Positions 49,512 to 63,076 of a DNA stretch of 64,000 nt are shown here, piece by piece. Position 1 is the stretch's first letter. Each line of letters starts with the position of its first letter. The position numbers and the translations under genes were made by a program. Source of the stretch: the human T2T-CHM13v2.0 reference genome, Homo sapiens; NCBI RefSeq assembly GCF_009914755.1, contig NC_060946.1; one strand, 5' to 3'. A model generated the notes under the pieces. The model was not told the origin of the DNA. It was given only the letters and a program-made list of their open reading frames with translations, and ran no database searches.

Positions 49512-49670
49512 CTTCTGCTGGCACCTGGGGCACACCCACACGCCCTTGGGCGCCGTCTTGAGGGGCGGCTCCAGGCAGCTGAGGTGGTAGGCCCCCGGGC
49601 AGGTGCCGCAGGGCTGCAGGTTGGCCCCTCGCTTGCAGGCGGCACAGTGCTCATCGTGGGTGATCTCGTT
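49512..49670 (-). CDS. PHF21B: PHF21B PHD-finger exon (159 nt): [53 protein letters not shown]
   Basis: Complete C4HC3 PHD pattern; CAG acceptor 49671-49673, GTACAG donor. Confidence 0.97.
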
Positions 49671-51308
49671 CTGGAAGAGAAGGGAGGGCAGGAGACAGGT
49701 CAGCCACAGCCAGGGCAGCGGGGGCCGGTCAGCCAGGGCCAGGCCCAGGCAGCTGTGTCTGACCTACATGTGGCCGCTCTTCTGCCAACGTTTCCCAGCA
49801 GCTCTACGGAGAGAGAGGGATAAACCCTGGAGGGCGACAGTGTGGGGTCAGGCCTGGGCCCTGGGAGGAGGGGGGGCACCCACAGGGCCAGATTTACTAG
49901 GGGCTGGGGCACTGAGCATTGGAGTCTGGCCTGGTGTGACTCCCATAACCTGATTCTTCTGTGCTAAGACCTGGACCCCAGGTGCGGGCGACAAGGCAGG
50001 CTGTCCTGCTGCGGCCTAGAAAACAGCCCCCTGAGGGTCTGTGTTGCACCAGAGGTCCATGTGCTGGGAGTGGGACCAGTGATGAATGCAGCACTCCCTC
50101 CCCGCCCCCACTGCTTATGTGGACACTGCCTGGAGGGGCGGCGTAGCCCCGGCCAAGACCCTGTACTCGGCTCTCTGTTCACCATCCACGTGTCAACAGC
50201 ATGCTCCAACTTCAGAGTTGGAAAAGACCAGAGAGCTCTCCTCTGGGATGGCCCGTGCCACAAGGACACTGGATGTCCCTGAAGGAGGGGCAACACCCTC
50301 AGAGGAGGCCTCAGAGGTCCCTGTCTCCACCCCTTGTGTCATGCAAATGCCCAGGGAGGGAGAGGCGGTTGTCACACAGGGAGGGGGAGGCAGTTATCAC
50401 ACAGCAAGCTGGAGGGGGAGCCGGGACCAGCAACCAGGTGGCCTGCCTCAAAGCCGAGGCCCTCTCCAAGTCTGTGGGCTCTGTGGGGACAGAGCTCAGG
50501 CTCCAGGTGTCCCCTGTCCACATGCCCGCCCTGGATGGGCACAAGATGTTTGCAGATAAACACTGCCAGGCCCCCCAGCACCAACCCGTGCCATTGCAGG
50601 GCTATTGTGAAAATGACACAGCCTAACCGGAGCTGACTGCAATCATCACCTACTGCTTCTTAGAGGCTTGACAGTTACAAGCATGCAGGGACTAGAATGT
50701 TCTTTTAGAATTAGATCAGAAATTCAGTGAAGAAAAACACTGAATAAATTCTGAGATCATGCCATGAACGAGGTCATGACCAGCCAATGTTCTGGGAATC
50801 AGGGATGTGGTGTGTGCACGGGTAGGGGGTAGGGGGTAGGGGGTGGGGGCCCCACAGGATCACAGAAATGTGGGTGTGTGGGGTGAGTCCCTGGGGATTA
50901 ACAAGTCCAGCCCCTTTTCGGACGGGTAACAGAAGACCAGGGAGGGCCAGCTCTGCCCAGGTCACACTGAGGCCAGTAGAGCCAGGGTGGAGGCCTTTGG
51001 GCACCAGCTGGCTGCTTCCAGTTGGGCCTCAGTGGCCCCTGCAGTCTCTGCATCCTCAATTCTGAGGAGGGAGGGCTCCTGTTTGAAGCTGAGAGCAGAG
51101 CCCTGTGGCAATGCCCGACTTGACGCTGCCTGGCCGGCTGGAAAGCTGGCTGAGTGTTGCACAAAGCTCTTAGCACCTAAAGGCAGAACCGAAAGGCCTT
51201 CTGCACCACTCCGGGCTCTTTCCCTCTTTCCAGGAGGGACCCTATGAGGACTGTACTGAAAACATTCTCCACCCCGGAAGTGTGAAGACGGAGGGAGGGG
51301 ACACGTAC

Positions 51309-51331
51309 CTTCCAGCAGGGGTCCTCATTGG
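51309..51331 (-). CDS. PHF21B: PHF21B 23-nt microexon: (A)NEDPCWK
   Basis: TAG acceptor 51332-51334, GTACGT donor; required to bridge the phase-1 upstream exon to the phase-0 PHD exon. Confidence 0.9.
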
Positions 51332-51407
51332 CTAGCACAGGGAAGAAGGGCGGAGAACACGTTAGTGGCCGTCAGAGGAGCACAGATCAGGACTGGAGTC
51401 CATGAGG

Positions 51408-51651
51408 CCTCATGTGGCAAGGGCTCTTACCCCAGGGCATGATGGGAGCATCATAAGGCCCCCATGATACCTGCGCTCTCACCCCAGGGCATGATGGGAA
51501 TATCACAAGGCCCTGTGATACCTGGGATCTTACCCCAGGGCATGATGGGAATATCACAAGGCCCCCATGACACCTGGGCTCACCCCAGGGCATGATGGGA
51601 ATATCACAAGGCCCTGTGATACCTGGGGTCTCACTCCTGGGCAGGATGGGA
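51408..51651. repeat. ~51-bp minisatellite, ~4.8 copies
   Basis: ACCCCAGGGCATGATGGGA starts at 51429, 51481, 51532, 51582 and (degenerate) 51633. Confidence 0.9.
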
Positions 51652-52804
51652 GTAAGGATCTCAGCCCTGGTCACAGCTAGGAGCCACCATGGGAACAGGC
51701 TCATGTGGCCCCTGTGCTGAGGACATAGTGGCAGTGAGCTGCCCGGGGGGAAGGAAACATCACTCCAAGAACCCCTCAAAGTGACTTATTTTCAACTCTT
51801 TTTAAACTGTAATCCACTCTCATTCTAGTAAATGATACCAAACCACACATTTTAATGATCGCAAACATATATATCTTTCAGGTTCCAGATCAGATCTGTC
51901 TGCAAATAATGCCACCCAGCGGGAGAACAGTTCCGGAGTCTGCACAGCACTCGACAGCTCACAAAGTGCAGTCACACTCGCCCTTCAAGTCACTGTCCCA
52001 GCTCTGAGAAGCAGGTAGCTATGGGCCCACTTTCCAGATCAGTAAACCAAGGCCCAGGGAGGGATGGTGACATGTTGAAAGCTACACAGAATCCCAGCAA
52101 GCTGGTCGTCATTTCCTGCTCGTGGGACTATGGTTTTCTAACTGAAGAGAACTGGCAGCTTCCTGCTGCTGTCTGAATGCAAGGATGTGGCTCCCTGAGG
52201 TCCTGCACTGGGGCACGGCTGGCAGAGGAGGGAGGGGCCCTGCAGACACAGGTAGAGGCCTGAGGCCAGGTTCCAGCCTGAAGATCTGGCCCAATGCCTT
52301 GTACAGAAGGAGCCCTCGGCTCCAACACACACAGCGAGGCAGAGGCAGAACTGGGCTGAGATCCCCACCCCTGTCCAGCCTGTGCTCTTCCAATGCCCAG
52401 AGCAGGCACAAGAGGGTGGGCAAGGTGTGGGCTGAGAGGCGCCAGCCCAGCCCAGGGGTATCAGAGGCCGCCCGCGTGTGGGGAAGAGAGGTTGTCTCCA
52501 GTGGAGTATGGAAGCAGCAGCACCTGGGCTGGGTCACACCTGCAGAGGCCCCATCGGTCACGCTCACACCTATGGCCCAGGCTGTGGACCTCTCCCAGGC
52601 CACAGCTCCAAGCTCACACACAGGCTGCAGGAGGAGCGGGGAGGTGGGAGGCTCCTCTCAGCACAGCATCCTCACCTTCCTCTGCCCAGGTCAGACCAGT
52701 GGGAGGCGGGCAGCCCTGCCCAGGCCCAGGCGTGGAGGACCACCCAGGGATGACTCCCCGCGGCCCTGAGCAGCTCTGGCAGAAGGCCTGAAGCCGGTGC
52801 TTAC

Positions 52805-52859
52805 CTCTCGCTGTGAGGAACAGGGGGTTGTTGAGATAGTTGGAGGCCAGCCGTTTCCT
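52805..52859 (-). CDS. PHF21B: PHF21B exon (55 nt): RKRLASNYLNNPLFLTAR
   Basis: CAG acceptor, GTAAG donor. Confidence 0.93.
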
Positions 52860-54955
52860 CTGCAGGGACAGAAAACAAAACAACACACCCCATCATCTGG
52901 AGGCTCTCTTCGATGGTGACGTCACCCCAGGTCAGGACTCTCTCTGGGACAGGGTTCCCACCCAGGGCTCCAGGCTCTGGCTGGACACCCCCTGCCAGGG
53001 GCAGAAATAGGAACAAATACAGGGCAGAAGCACGCAGGAATGGCTGAGGATGGGGCGGGGCGGGGCAGGGAAGTCGGCAAAGGCTCTGCCTGCAGGAGGC
53101 CTAGGACACCCTCTCTGCACCCATGGGTGCGTCTAGCTCAGGAAGGGCCGTCAGTGGGACACATCAGTCACATGGTGCATGTTACATTCTCCACCTGTCT
53201 CCTGCCTCTCAACTGGGTCTGGAGTCAGGTGGAAAAATGGGTGTTATAGACTGGCTCCCCTAAATTCCACTTCTTGGCATGTGGCCTGAAACATCACATG
53301 TGGACAAAGGTTTCTGGAACATTCCAGAAGAGCGGCCTTAGTCCTGGCTTTGGCAACCACAGGCCACACCGGTCTAAACCTTGGTGGTTCAAAGTGGCTT
53401 TGACTGCGGCTGTTGTAATACTGCGTGGCCAGATTTGACACCACTTCTCTCGGTGTGGTCAGGCTGTGGACCTGGGGAAGGGCCCCCTCGGGCTGTGTGC
53501 CTGCTCCAGGCTCAGGGTCACGGGGCCTTGGGTTGACTCCTGACCTGCTTATGCCGTCTCTGGCCCTGGCCTCAGACTTGGGAGCCTAGAGTAACGCCTC
53601 GTCCACACAGCAGCCTGCATTTTCATGAACGAACAAATCTAAAGGAATGAAGCCCTCCCTGTCTGGAGAACACACCATTTCCTTGGGTGGAGGCTGAAAA
53701 CACCTCCACGATGTTCTTACGAAGGGTCCGAGTCAGGGGACAGAGCTTGCTCAGATGAAGGAAGAGGAAGTGAATGGTATGAAACGGCCCACGTGGAGCA
53801 CGTTCTCAGAACAGGAGCGGGGCAGGCAGAAGTAGAGGAAAGGCGTGGACAGGCTGATGAGGCCAGAGGACGCCCCATGGTGGGCTCTCCCCACAGACAG
53901 GGCAATTGCAGAGCCTGGAACTGGCTGCCGCTCTGCGCGAAACGCCTCCCTCCCACTTGAGCTCAGGTTCCCAAGACATGGATTCTGGGCAGTGGCCCAG
54001 ACTAGCCCGCACCCTGGGAGGTGAGACAGCACTTTCCTCACCTTCCTCCAGATCTCACAGAGCTGGCATCTGCAACACACCAGGCACTGACCTCGGGGGA
54101 CATCGTTTCCCTCAGGACAGCTGTCCCAAGCTCTGGACTTCGGAGCTCTAAGCAAATGGCTTCCATCCCAGAGAAAGACTCTAAGACACTGCCCCTAAGA
54201 AAGCCCTGAGCCTCTGAGCTAATGGTCCCAACAGACCCTGCAGAGTTGGCTTTGGGGAGATGACATTAGGATTTTAACCTAAGAATTTTGGACTGTCATT
54301 TACAAGGGCAGGAAGGTGTCATTTATGATCTGGTTTCTCCCTGGGGACATGCTCATGGGAGAGGCCCTTGTGCTCCCCTATGGCATCCTTAAATCCCAAC
54401 CCTGCTGCACTGGACCGATTTTGGTGTAGGCTCTCGGATTCCCACCCCCATCCCTGGGGATGGACGCTCCAACTGGGAGTAGGGAAGGGCACTGGCCACG
54501 CCCACCCAGCCCCTTTCTTTACGGTGCCCGCCTGCTCCAGGCTGTGCACATCCTCAGTCTCTCCCAGCCATGAGCCAACTGCACAGGCTCTAGACAAGGT
54601 GTGAGGTGGTCCAGGGAGGCCAGGGTGTCCAGCCCTGCCTGTGACCGGAGATTTGCCTGATCATTCAGGGTGAAGAGGCAAGAAGCCGGTGTACCTCACA
54701 CGAAGCCACGCCCACCAGAGAGCCTCTATTAGGAATAAACTGACATCTCCTCTTCCGCATCTTCCTATCAATTGACTGTCAACTCGGAGGTGATGAGAGA
54801 GATGATTTACGGTCACCCCCCAGCCCCACTCCCAGGAGGGACAGACGAGGGGGGTGCTTAGGAAAGCGAATGAGGGAGGCCCTGGGACTTTTCCTGGAGG
54901 CTGTGCACTGGGAGCCCCCACCCTCCTGGTGGCATGGGGCTGGCGGGTTCCCCAC

Positions 54956-55032
54956 CTCGGTCTCCAGGAGGCCGCTGTAGGCAGGGTTGGCTGTGCTTCT
55001 TCTCTTCCGCTCCTGTCGCTTGCTCTGGATTT
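54956..55032 (-). CDS. PHF21B: PHF21B exon (77 nt): [26 protein letters not shown]
   Basis: CAG acceptor, GTGGG donor; ERKRRxTANPxYSG motif shared with PHF21A. Confidence 0.95.
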
Positions 55033-57530
55033 CTGGAAAGGCACAGACACAGCAGTTACTGGGTCCTGCCTGCCCTGGGAACCCCAAATGCTTCCTTGCC
55101 AAGCCCTGGGCACCACCATCCCCTCCTGCTCTGAAGCCTCTCTGTGTGCTCAGCATCCATGCCACAGAATGGCCCAGGGTGGGTTAGGGCCTCCAGGAAT
55201 CACTGACTCCATGGCAGGACAGCTCTGGTGGCCTCAGGCTGAATGACAGATTGGTGGGAGGCTGGCAGGTACCCAGAATCCAGGTGCCCACTCTTAGCAC
55301 GGGGTCCTCCTTTTGTGTCCCTATCTGGCCCATGGCCGTTATTGGGGACCCACAGGATGGCAGATACCCACAGGTTGGGTGATACCCACTGGTCCAGTGA
55401 GCTGCAGGGTGAGGCTCCCAGCTCCCGGAAGCCCAGGAGCAAGCCTCTACCCAGGTGGCCTCTGCCCCAGTGCAGCCCCCAGCAGGAATCCTTCGCATGC
55501 GAGCGAGAGGGGGCATGGCCACACTGACGGTGTTTTCTTTTCCTTTTTCTTTGCTTTGACCCCCAGGCAGGACCCATGACCTGCCTCTCTGTGTGCAGCT
55601 GTGCTAGCGTCTTCTAATCTCTGTCTCCCGGACCTAGTTTTGCTTTTTAAACCTTCTCAATATTACTCAGCCTGTTTTCTGTAAGGCACTCAGACCTTCT
55701 GTGGAATAACACAGGGTCTAAAGAAAGAAAGAATTAAGGATATCACAGCAGAGGTTGGGGAGAGGTTTCTAAATGAGGACTATTTATAAAACCAATAATG
55801 ATCACGCCTATTAGGAACGCACTTTTCGATCAGTCCCTCACCAACTCCACGAAGTTTACAGGCGCAGTTTTCCCCATGTTGCAGATGAGAAAACTGAGGT
55901 TCGGAGTGGGGAAGGACCTTGCCTAGGGACTCCGGCCAGTGCACAGGCGGGACTTGAGCATAAGACTTCTGTCCCCACAGCCCCATGCTGCCTCTGTGGC
56001 ACCGTGGTTTCGGTCAGAGATTAAATCAATCCCAAAGGCAAGCTGAGGGCAGCGGGATTCATCTCGCTCAAGCTCACACCATCAGGCGGGGAGCTCACAG
56101 AGGTTCTTACAAAGGAACCTTGGCTGGAGGGTAATGCCTTCCAACCATGCACGCAGAAGGGTGAGGAAGGCCAGGGGCAAGGGTTGCTTACAGGGGGCTT
56201 CCCTGCCCAGGGATCTGGAAGGCTGGGGCTCTTCCCTGGCTCTCCCCATCCTGGCTGCTGCCAGAGAGCAAGTCAGACCCAGGGGACATAAAGGGAGAGG
56301 GCTGTCTTCTCGGAGCCTGCATGGCAGGCTGCTGTCCCCGCGCGCTGGGCTCTGCTGAGCTCAGGAAGGCTTGCCCTGCTCCCACTTGCCCCGGATGAGC
56401 TGTGTGACCTCAGCCAGGTCCCTCCCCTCCCCTGGGCTTCGGTGGCTCACCTGCTGCAATGGATAGAAACTCTTAACTTCAAGACTGCTAGTGCCTCGGG
56501 CACCGCGGGGGTTCACTTCATTCCCTCTTGCTTTGAAGAAGAGGAACGCTAGGCGAACCTTCCCGCATCCAGGTTTACCAGGGTATGTGCTTTCCCTTTA
56601 TAAAACGCCTTTGCAGGTGAGGTGGGTGTGGTGGAATACGTTCTGGGTTGGGAGTCAGGAGGCCTGGATTCCAGCCTGGGCCTGGTATCAACTGGCCCTG
56701 GGACCCTGGGCAAGTGAATCAGCTTCCCTGGCCTCAGCTTCCCCATGGGGGCTTCCCCAAGGGGGCTGGTTTCGAGGCTTCCCAGGCCCTAAGATTCTAG
56801 GATGACGTTCACAGCTCACGTGAGATTGCCCTCATCATTCTACGATGATGTTCACGGCCCATGTGAAGCTGCCCTCATCCGTAAGGTCACACAGCCCCTT
56901 CGTAGAGTCACAGTGCCCTGTCTGCTCAAATAAACTACTGTTCCAATTTTCACGGACACATTTGGTGGCACACATGAAGTCCGCAGGCTAGTATGACGGC
57001 AGGGGAGCTGGTGGTCAGCTCTCCCACTGTGCTGGGCACTGCTTCCAACAATCCCCAGAGGACAGTTCGGCCATTACCCATTTTATACATGAAGAGACTG
57101 AGGCATACAGAAGTAACCTGCCCACACTTAAGAAAGTGGTGGGACCGGGCAGTCTGCCTCTTGTCATTTCCCTGTGTTGAGAGCAGGGAGCCCACACGGT
57201 CCCTCCGCTGAAACAAGGAAGTGCCACAGTGGGTATTGTGCATAGTCATGGAGCCAGGGCGAGTCTGGAAGGCTTCTCTGTCTTGTTCGTCTTTGATGAC
57301 AGCCACCCAGCCTCAGGCACTTGGGGCAGACCTCCTGCGAGGTGGTTTATACACAGACACTGCCATCCGAGCCGGGACATCCTGAGACCCACTGCAGCAG
57401 TGTGAGGCCACGCTCCACCCATATCGGCTGCTGCTGAAGCCCAGACCACCCGTCATCACACCTGGCCCCCAACACCCCGGCTTTCGGGTCAGTCCCAGCC
57501 CAACCTGCTGCTACCTGGATCCTTCCTTAC

Positions 57531-57582
57531 CTTCCAAATGTTCCGTGGTAACCAGGCCTAGCGCTACCATGAAGGCGATTTT
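57531..57582 (-). CDS. PHF21B: PHF21B exon (52 nt): KIAFMVALGLVTTEHLE
   Basis: CAG acceptor 57583-57585, GTAAG donor; FMVxLGLVT motif conserved in the PHF21 family. Confidence 0.95.
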
Positions 57583-57677
57583 CTGAGGGAAGGAACAGAC
57601 AAAGGAGCATTAACACAACCGTCAAAGTTCATTCATGCACTCAACAAACATCTGCTGTGGCAGGTGCAGGGCGATAC

Positions 57678-58047
57678 CTCATGGGTGCCCTAACCACAGA
57701 GGCCTCCAACTCCAGATGCCAAGTCAGTTTCTAAGAAACGTGGGGAAATAGGATTTCCAAAGAGAGTATCTACAGCTCAATTTGGAGGGCCTCCTTGAAA
57801 ACACTGGATACGTGTATTCAAACATACTTTAAGGGGCTAAGGTGCACATAGCTGGGCTAATCCTTATGGGTGCCCCAACCACTAAGGCCCCTAACTCCAG
57901 ACACCAAGTCAGTTTCTAAGAAACACAGGGAAATAGGATTCCCAAAGAAAGCATCTACAGCTCGATTTGGAGGGGCTCCTTGAAAACACTGGATACACGT
58001 ATTCAAATATACTTTAAAGAGCTAAGGTGCACACAGCTGGGCTAATC
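57678..58047. repeat. Tandem duplication, 2 x 185 bp
   Basis: ATGGGTGCCC at 57681 and 57866; both units end GCTGGGCTAATC. Confidence 0.9.
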
Positions 58048-58370
58048 AATGTCACATAACACGTCACTGGTTCATAACACATTTGCATCATTGGTCCTTT
58101 CATGGCTGTCCTTCATTTTATTTAATAATAAATTGAACATCATGAACCTACTAATAAACTCAAAACCTGACACTTGACCCATAAGTTGCATCTCTTCTGT
58201 GTTCCTCACTTTATCTCATTCTTTTCACCCTCATTTCTAGTGATCCTAGTTTTGTAATGACCATTTCTCCAGTTTTGTAATGACCTTCTCCAGTTTTGTA
58301 ATGACCATTTCTTTGACTTTGTATACATATGCATGTATTTCTGTCACTTATGAAACAGGGTGGCACTTAG

Positions 58371-58680
<310 letters not shown>

Positions 58681-59320
58681 ATTACCTGTTTTTGACTTGT
58701 GAAAAGGTCATGACACTGTATTGTCTACAGAGCTCACTAGGGCATTTTTTTTTCATTTGACATTCTTTGGTGGTGGAAGGCAGAATCTAGAATGGCCCCC
58801 GAGCCCCTACCCTGCGGTGTAGCCACCCCGTATCATTCCCTGCCTTGAGTGTGGGCAGGATTGAAAATACCACGGGATTAGGTAACATCACAGAGCGAAG
58901 AGGTGCCAAAGCCACTCCTATGGCGTATGATGTTATATAAGACCCCTGTTGGTGACGGGAGTGAGGCTCTCTTGCTGGCCTTGAGAGACAGCCTGCCAGG
59001 AGTCCTGCAGCCACCACGCTGTAGGAAGAACAACTCCTGGAGCCTCACTCAAGGCCGGCCACAGAGTAGGTGCTCGTGAGTATTTGATGAATCTGTGAGT
59101 CAATATTTCCTTGTCTGGGATATGACTTGCAATATATTTTCCCCCTTTATCTTTTATTTATGGGGCTGGCTTATTTATTGTAGTTTCAGATTTACAGGGA
59201 AGTTGCAAGACTCATTACTGGGAGTTCCTGTATACCCCACACCCAGTTCATCGCAACTAAAGAACCAACGTCGGTACATTATTATCAGCTAAAACCCATA
59301 CTTTATTTGGATTTCTTTAG

Positions 59321-59616
<296 letters not shown>

Positions 59617-60761
59617 CTTTGTTTTCTGTCCCAGGATCCCACATGATATTTAGATATCATGCCTCCTTACACTCTTCTGGGCTGTGAGGGTTTCTCAGCT
59701 TGTCTTTTTTTGGTGACCTGGACAGCTTGAGGAGGACTGGTCAGGTATTTTGCAGAGCCACCCTCAATTGGGATTTGTCTGATATTTTCCTCGTAAGTGG
59801 GCTGGGGTGGTAGGTTTGGGGGAGGAAGACCACAGAGGTAACCTTCTCATCACATCGCAGCAAGGGCGTAGACCACCCACCTGACTCATAGCTGCTGGTG
59901 ACCCTGGTCACTGGCTGAAGTGTGTCTGCCAAGCTCCACTCAGCAAAGCCACTCTTTCCGTGCCTGCCCCGTGCCCCCATACCATACTTATTGGGAATAA
60001 GTCACCATGGGCAGCTCACACTTAAGGAGCTGGGAATCAGACTCCACTCAGGCAGGGCTTTTTTCATTTTGTTGCCATGCATCTAGATTTTTTTAAAAAG
60101 AGTATCGATTTTTAAATTATAGTAAAAATTTTAAAATGCATCAATTTTTAATTTTTAAAATTTTAAATTAAATTGTAATGAAACTTATCAATATTTTCTT
60201 TTGCAGTGTTTTGATTGTTTGGATCCTGGCTAGAGGAGCTGAGGTAATAAAATAATTTTAGTCTCTATAGTTTCACTTTTTACATTTAAATTTTTGATCC
60301 ATTTGGAACGGATCCTGGTGTGCCCGGTGTGAAGTCCGGGCTCACTGCTTTCTGTATGGCTACCATTTGTTCCAATACCATTTACTGAAAATTCCATCTT
60401 CCCGTGTTTCACTGACTTAAGGAGCCACTTTAATCATATACTAAATTATCATAGATCTATTTGGGTCTATTTCTGGGCCTTCTATTTTGTTCCTTAAATC
60501 TGCCTCTCTAGGAGCTCCTGCCACACGTTCAGTTCTCAAGGCTTTAGGGTCTATTTTAATATCCGGGAGGATTAGAATATCCCTTCACTGTTTTTCCTGT
60601 TCAGTTTCCTGGCTCTTCTTATTTTTTCATGTGAAATTTAGAAACCATCTTAGGAAGCTCTGAGGATGAGGGAATCAGTTGGTGGATTTGCTGGAATGTT
60701 AAAATTATAAATTAACTTTGGGCATAATGACAGTTTTATATTATTAAGTTTTCCTACTTAA

Positions 60762-61093
<332 letters not shown>

Positions 61094-61832
61094 TCTTCTT
61101 TTTTCTTCTCCTTCTCCTCTTTTCTTCCTTCTCCTTCCTTCTTCTTCTCCTCCTCCTCTCCTTCCTTCTCCTCTTCTTCTGTCTTAAGGGGTTTTAAATT
61201 TTTCCTTAAATATTGAATATTCTTATTATGTTTATTCTTGGCATTTAATCTTTTTGCTGCAATCATAAATGGGGTTGTGTATAAAGCTTCTAACAGGTTA
61301 CTGTGTTGCTATGAAGATTAGTGATATTTTTACCTTAATTTTACACCCTGCTGCAATGCCAAATTCTCTTATTGTCTGCAGCTTTTTCAGCAATTCTCTT
61401 GAGTTTTCCAGATCTCTTGGGTTTTTCAGCAAATCTCTTGGGTTTTCTCAAATAGTTTACTCCTTTCTGATTTTTACTTCTATGCTGTTAAAAATGGTTC
61501 TCTTTAATTTTTCAGCTTTAAAGGGTATTTTCTGATTCATTTAAAGTCCCAACTGCTACAGATAAGCTCATCTGAGAACTCTTTCCACTTCCCACCTTCT
61601 TTCCCTCCTTCTCCTCTCAATTTTACTTACATGAATCTTTTATATATTATCGGAACACATCATATTTAAACTCTATTCTGACATCCTCACCCACAGTTAA
61701 ATATATTTGATGCTCACCCCAGTGCTGGTACCAAAGTTTCCCCATGTCTCTTGGTTGCTTGGGTTTGGGTCTCCAGCAGTTTCTCATAAATGGCTCATGG
61801 AACATTTCCTGAGCTCTCCAAAGATTTACAAC

Positions 61833-62104
61833 TTTTTTTTGTTGCCCAGACTGGAGTGTAGTGGCATGATCTTGGCTCACTGCAACCTCCACCTCCCAGA
61901 CTAAAGTGATTCTCCTGCCTCAGTCTCCCGAGTAGCTGGGATTACAGGCACCCGCCACCACGCCCAGCTAATTTTTGTATTTTTACTAGAGATGGGGTTT
62001 CACCATGTTGGCCAGGCTGGTCTCAAACTCCTGACCTCAAGTGATCCACCCGCCTCGGCCTCCTAAAGTGCTGAGATTACAGGCGTGAGCCACTGCACCC
62101 GGCT
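61833..62104 (-). mobile_element. Alu with TSD AGATTTACAACTTTTT
   Basis: Alu consensus; TSD. Confidence 0.9.
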
Positions 62105-63076
62105 AGATTTACAACTTTTTATCTGTAGCCTTTAAACTTGAAGGACAGCTTGGCTGCAAATGAAATCCTTGGCTTGTTCTTTCTTTCCCTTATTTTCTTG
62201 CAGATGTTACTCTAGCGTATCCTGGAATTGAATGTGGCTGTGGAAAAGTCAGACACCAGCTTAACTGCTTTCCCTCTAAAGTGACTCTTTTTTTTTTTTT
62301 TTTTGGCCTGGATGCCTATAGGATTCTTTTGTTTCCATAGTCAATCAGTAACTTCACTGGGTGTGTCTCAGCATTACACATTTTCCCCCTGGAGCACACA
62401 TCAGCTGTCCCTGGGACCCAATGTGTCCTTTCAAGATGCAGATTATAAAGTCTTTTTAAAAGTTCAGGACATTTTCCTTGAATTATATTTCAAAAAGTGA
62501 AGCATCACCATACCATGAAAAGTGGGGTCTGTCAAACTCAATCCTGTGAGATGTGCACTCACATAGGTGGAAGATCAGTGGAGCAGCTGAGGGGGCTGCA
62601 GAGCCACCTGACTGGGAATTCTGGGGCCATCCAGCAGCTCGGCCAATCAGTACCAGTCTGGCAGCAGTCTGGTGCCACCTGGTTCAAATATCACTTCTGG
62701 ACCCTGTGTCTAACTAACTGGACAGTGGCAGGGACTCTAGGATGCCCTGAGCTGCTGGCAGCCGTTTTACTGGCCTGACCTGGGAAGGCTGGGCTGGGAG
62801 AACACTGGGAATGTGGTGCCTCCACTTCCTCACATCATCTTCTCCTCCCCGAGTCCCCTCCACTGACACTCATTTGAAGACAGGTTATGAACAGGAAACA
62901 GGAACCAATGCCAACCACAGGACAGCCAAATTCACCTCATTGCAGGAAATTATGGAAATGTTTTCATCATTCTGGTTTCCTTCTTTGATGCCTCCCATTA
63001 TACATGTGTTGTATCTTCTTTGCTTGCCTCCTGTAGGTTTCACTTACTCTGAAACTTAAAAACTCATTATTGAGTT

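Noticed and set aside
51408-51651. CRISPR-like array (palindromic repeats)
   Set aside because: Eukaryotic minisatellite: no unique spacers and no cas genes.
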